Of a DNA stretch of 64,000 bases, positions 63,716 through 64,000 are shown piece after piece. A program made the position numbers and the translations under genes. Within the stretch, counting starts at the first letter, position 1. The number at the start of each line of letters is the position of its first letter. The stretch lies in contig NC_091999.1 in NCBI RefSeq assembly GCF_044704955.1, positions 66,340,001-66,404,000 of the forward strand, given 5' to 3'. Source of the stretch: Pristiophorus japonicus (taxonomy: Eukaryota). Below the pieces are notes generated by a model. The model was not told where the DNA came from, searched no databases, and saw nothing but the letters and a program-made list of their open reading frames with translations.

Positions 63716-64000
63716 GGAACCCTGTGCCTGTAGACAGTCGAAGAGAAAAATTGAGGCCTGGAATCTGAGTTGTGGAAAAAAATTATAGAAACATAATTCC
63801 ATTACCTTTAGTAAACTATTTGAAATGAAATCAAATGAATTGTTGCAACTAACACGTTACTTTCATGTAAAATGGGAAACAACTGATGTGAGGGGAGTGC
63901 AGGATTGTTTGCGCCCGGTTACACAGCATGTCCCTGGCTCTCCACTCCAAATGCACTTCTTTAGGTTCGCAGTCTCATTGACAAATCCAACTGACTGGAA

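Noticed and set aside
63062-63924. 10/11-bp inverted match (gtgtaacccgg / cccggttacac) as MITE termini
   Set aside because: Expected by chance at this scale; no TSD.

Overview
Vertebrate genomic DNA, most likely from a cartilaginous fish (shark or ray); this is inferred from the CR1 tails, a DeuSINE-like element and the ZNF exon style. No intact protein-coding gene is present, and nearly all listed ORFs are broken CR1 LINE ORF1/ORF2 pieces, their antisense shadows, or repeat ORFs. Layout: (1) 1-12.8 kb, nested and rearranged CR1 LINEs plus one near-complete RTE LINE with a target-site duplication. (2) 12.8-34.5 kb, four tandem copies of a ~2 kb unit [tRNA-Leu(TAA), DeuSINE-like SINE, tRNA-Ser(AGA), tRNA-Asp(GTC), GA-rich domain], all on the minus strand, all degenerate, and inflated by CR1 insertions. 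(3) 35-36.6 kb, an LTR-element remnant with a Cys-rich env/fusion-like fragment, polypurine tract (PPT) and 3' LTR, then L2-derived repeats and a hAT end. (4) 37.7-60.5 kb, ~2 kb inverted arms around a CpG-island promoter, a ~9.6 kb tandem segmental duplication and five arrays of a 54-bp minisatellite. (5) 61.9-62.8 kb, a C2H2 zinc-finger pseudogene exon. I see no clearly functional novel system. The best leads are the paramyxovirus-F-like env remnant, the dead tRNA/SINE array with ABAB structure, a chimeric CR1 lineage, and the inverted duplication around a promoter. Coordinates were read by eye, and family names come from recalled consensus sequences, not database searches.
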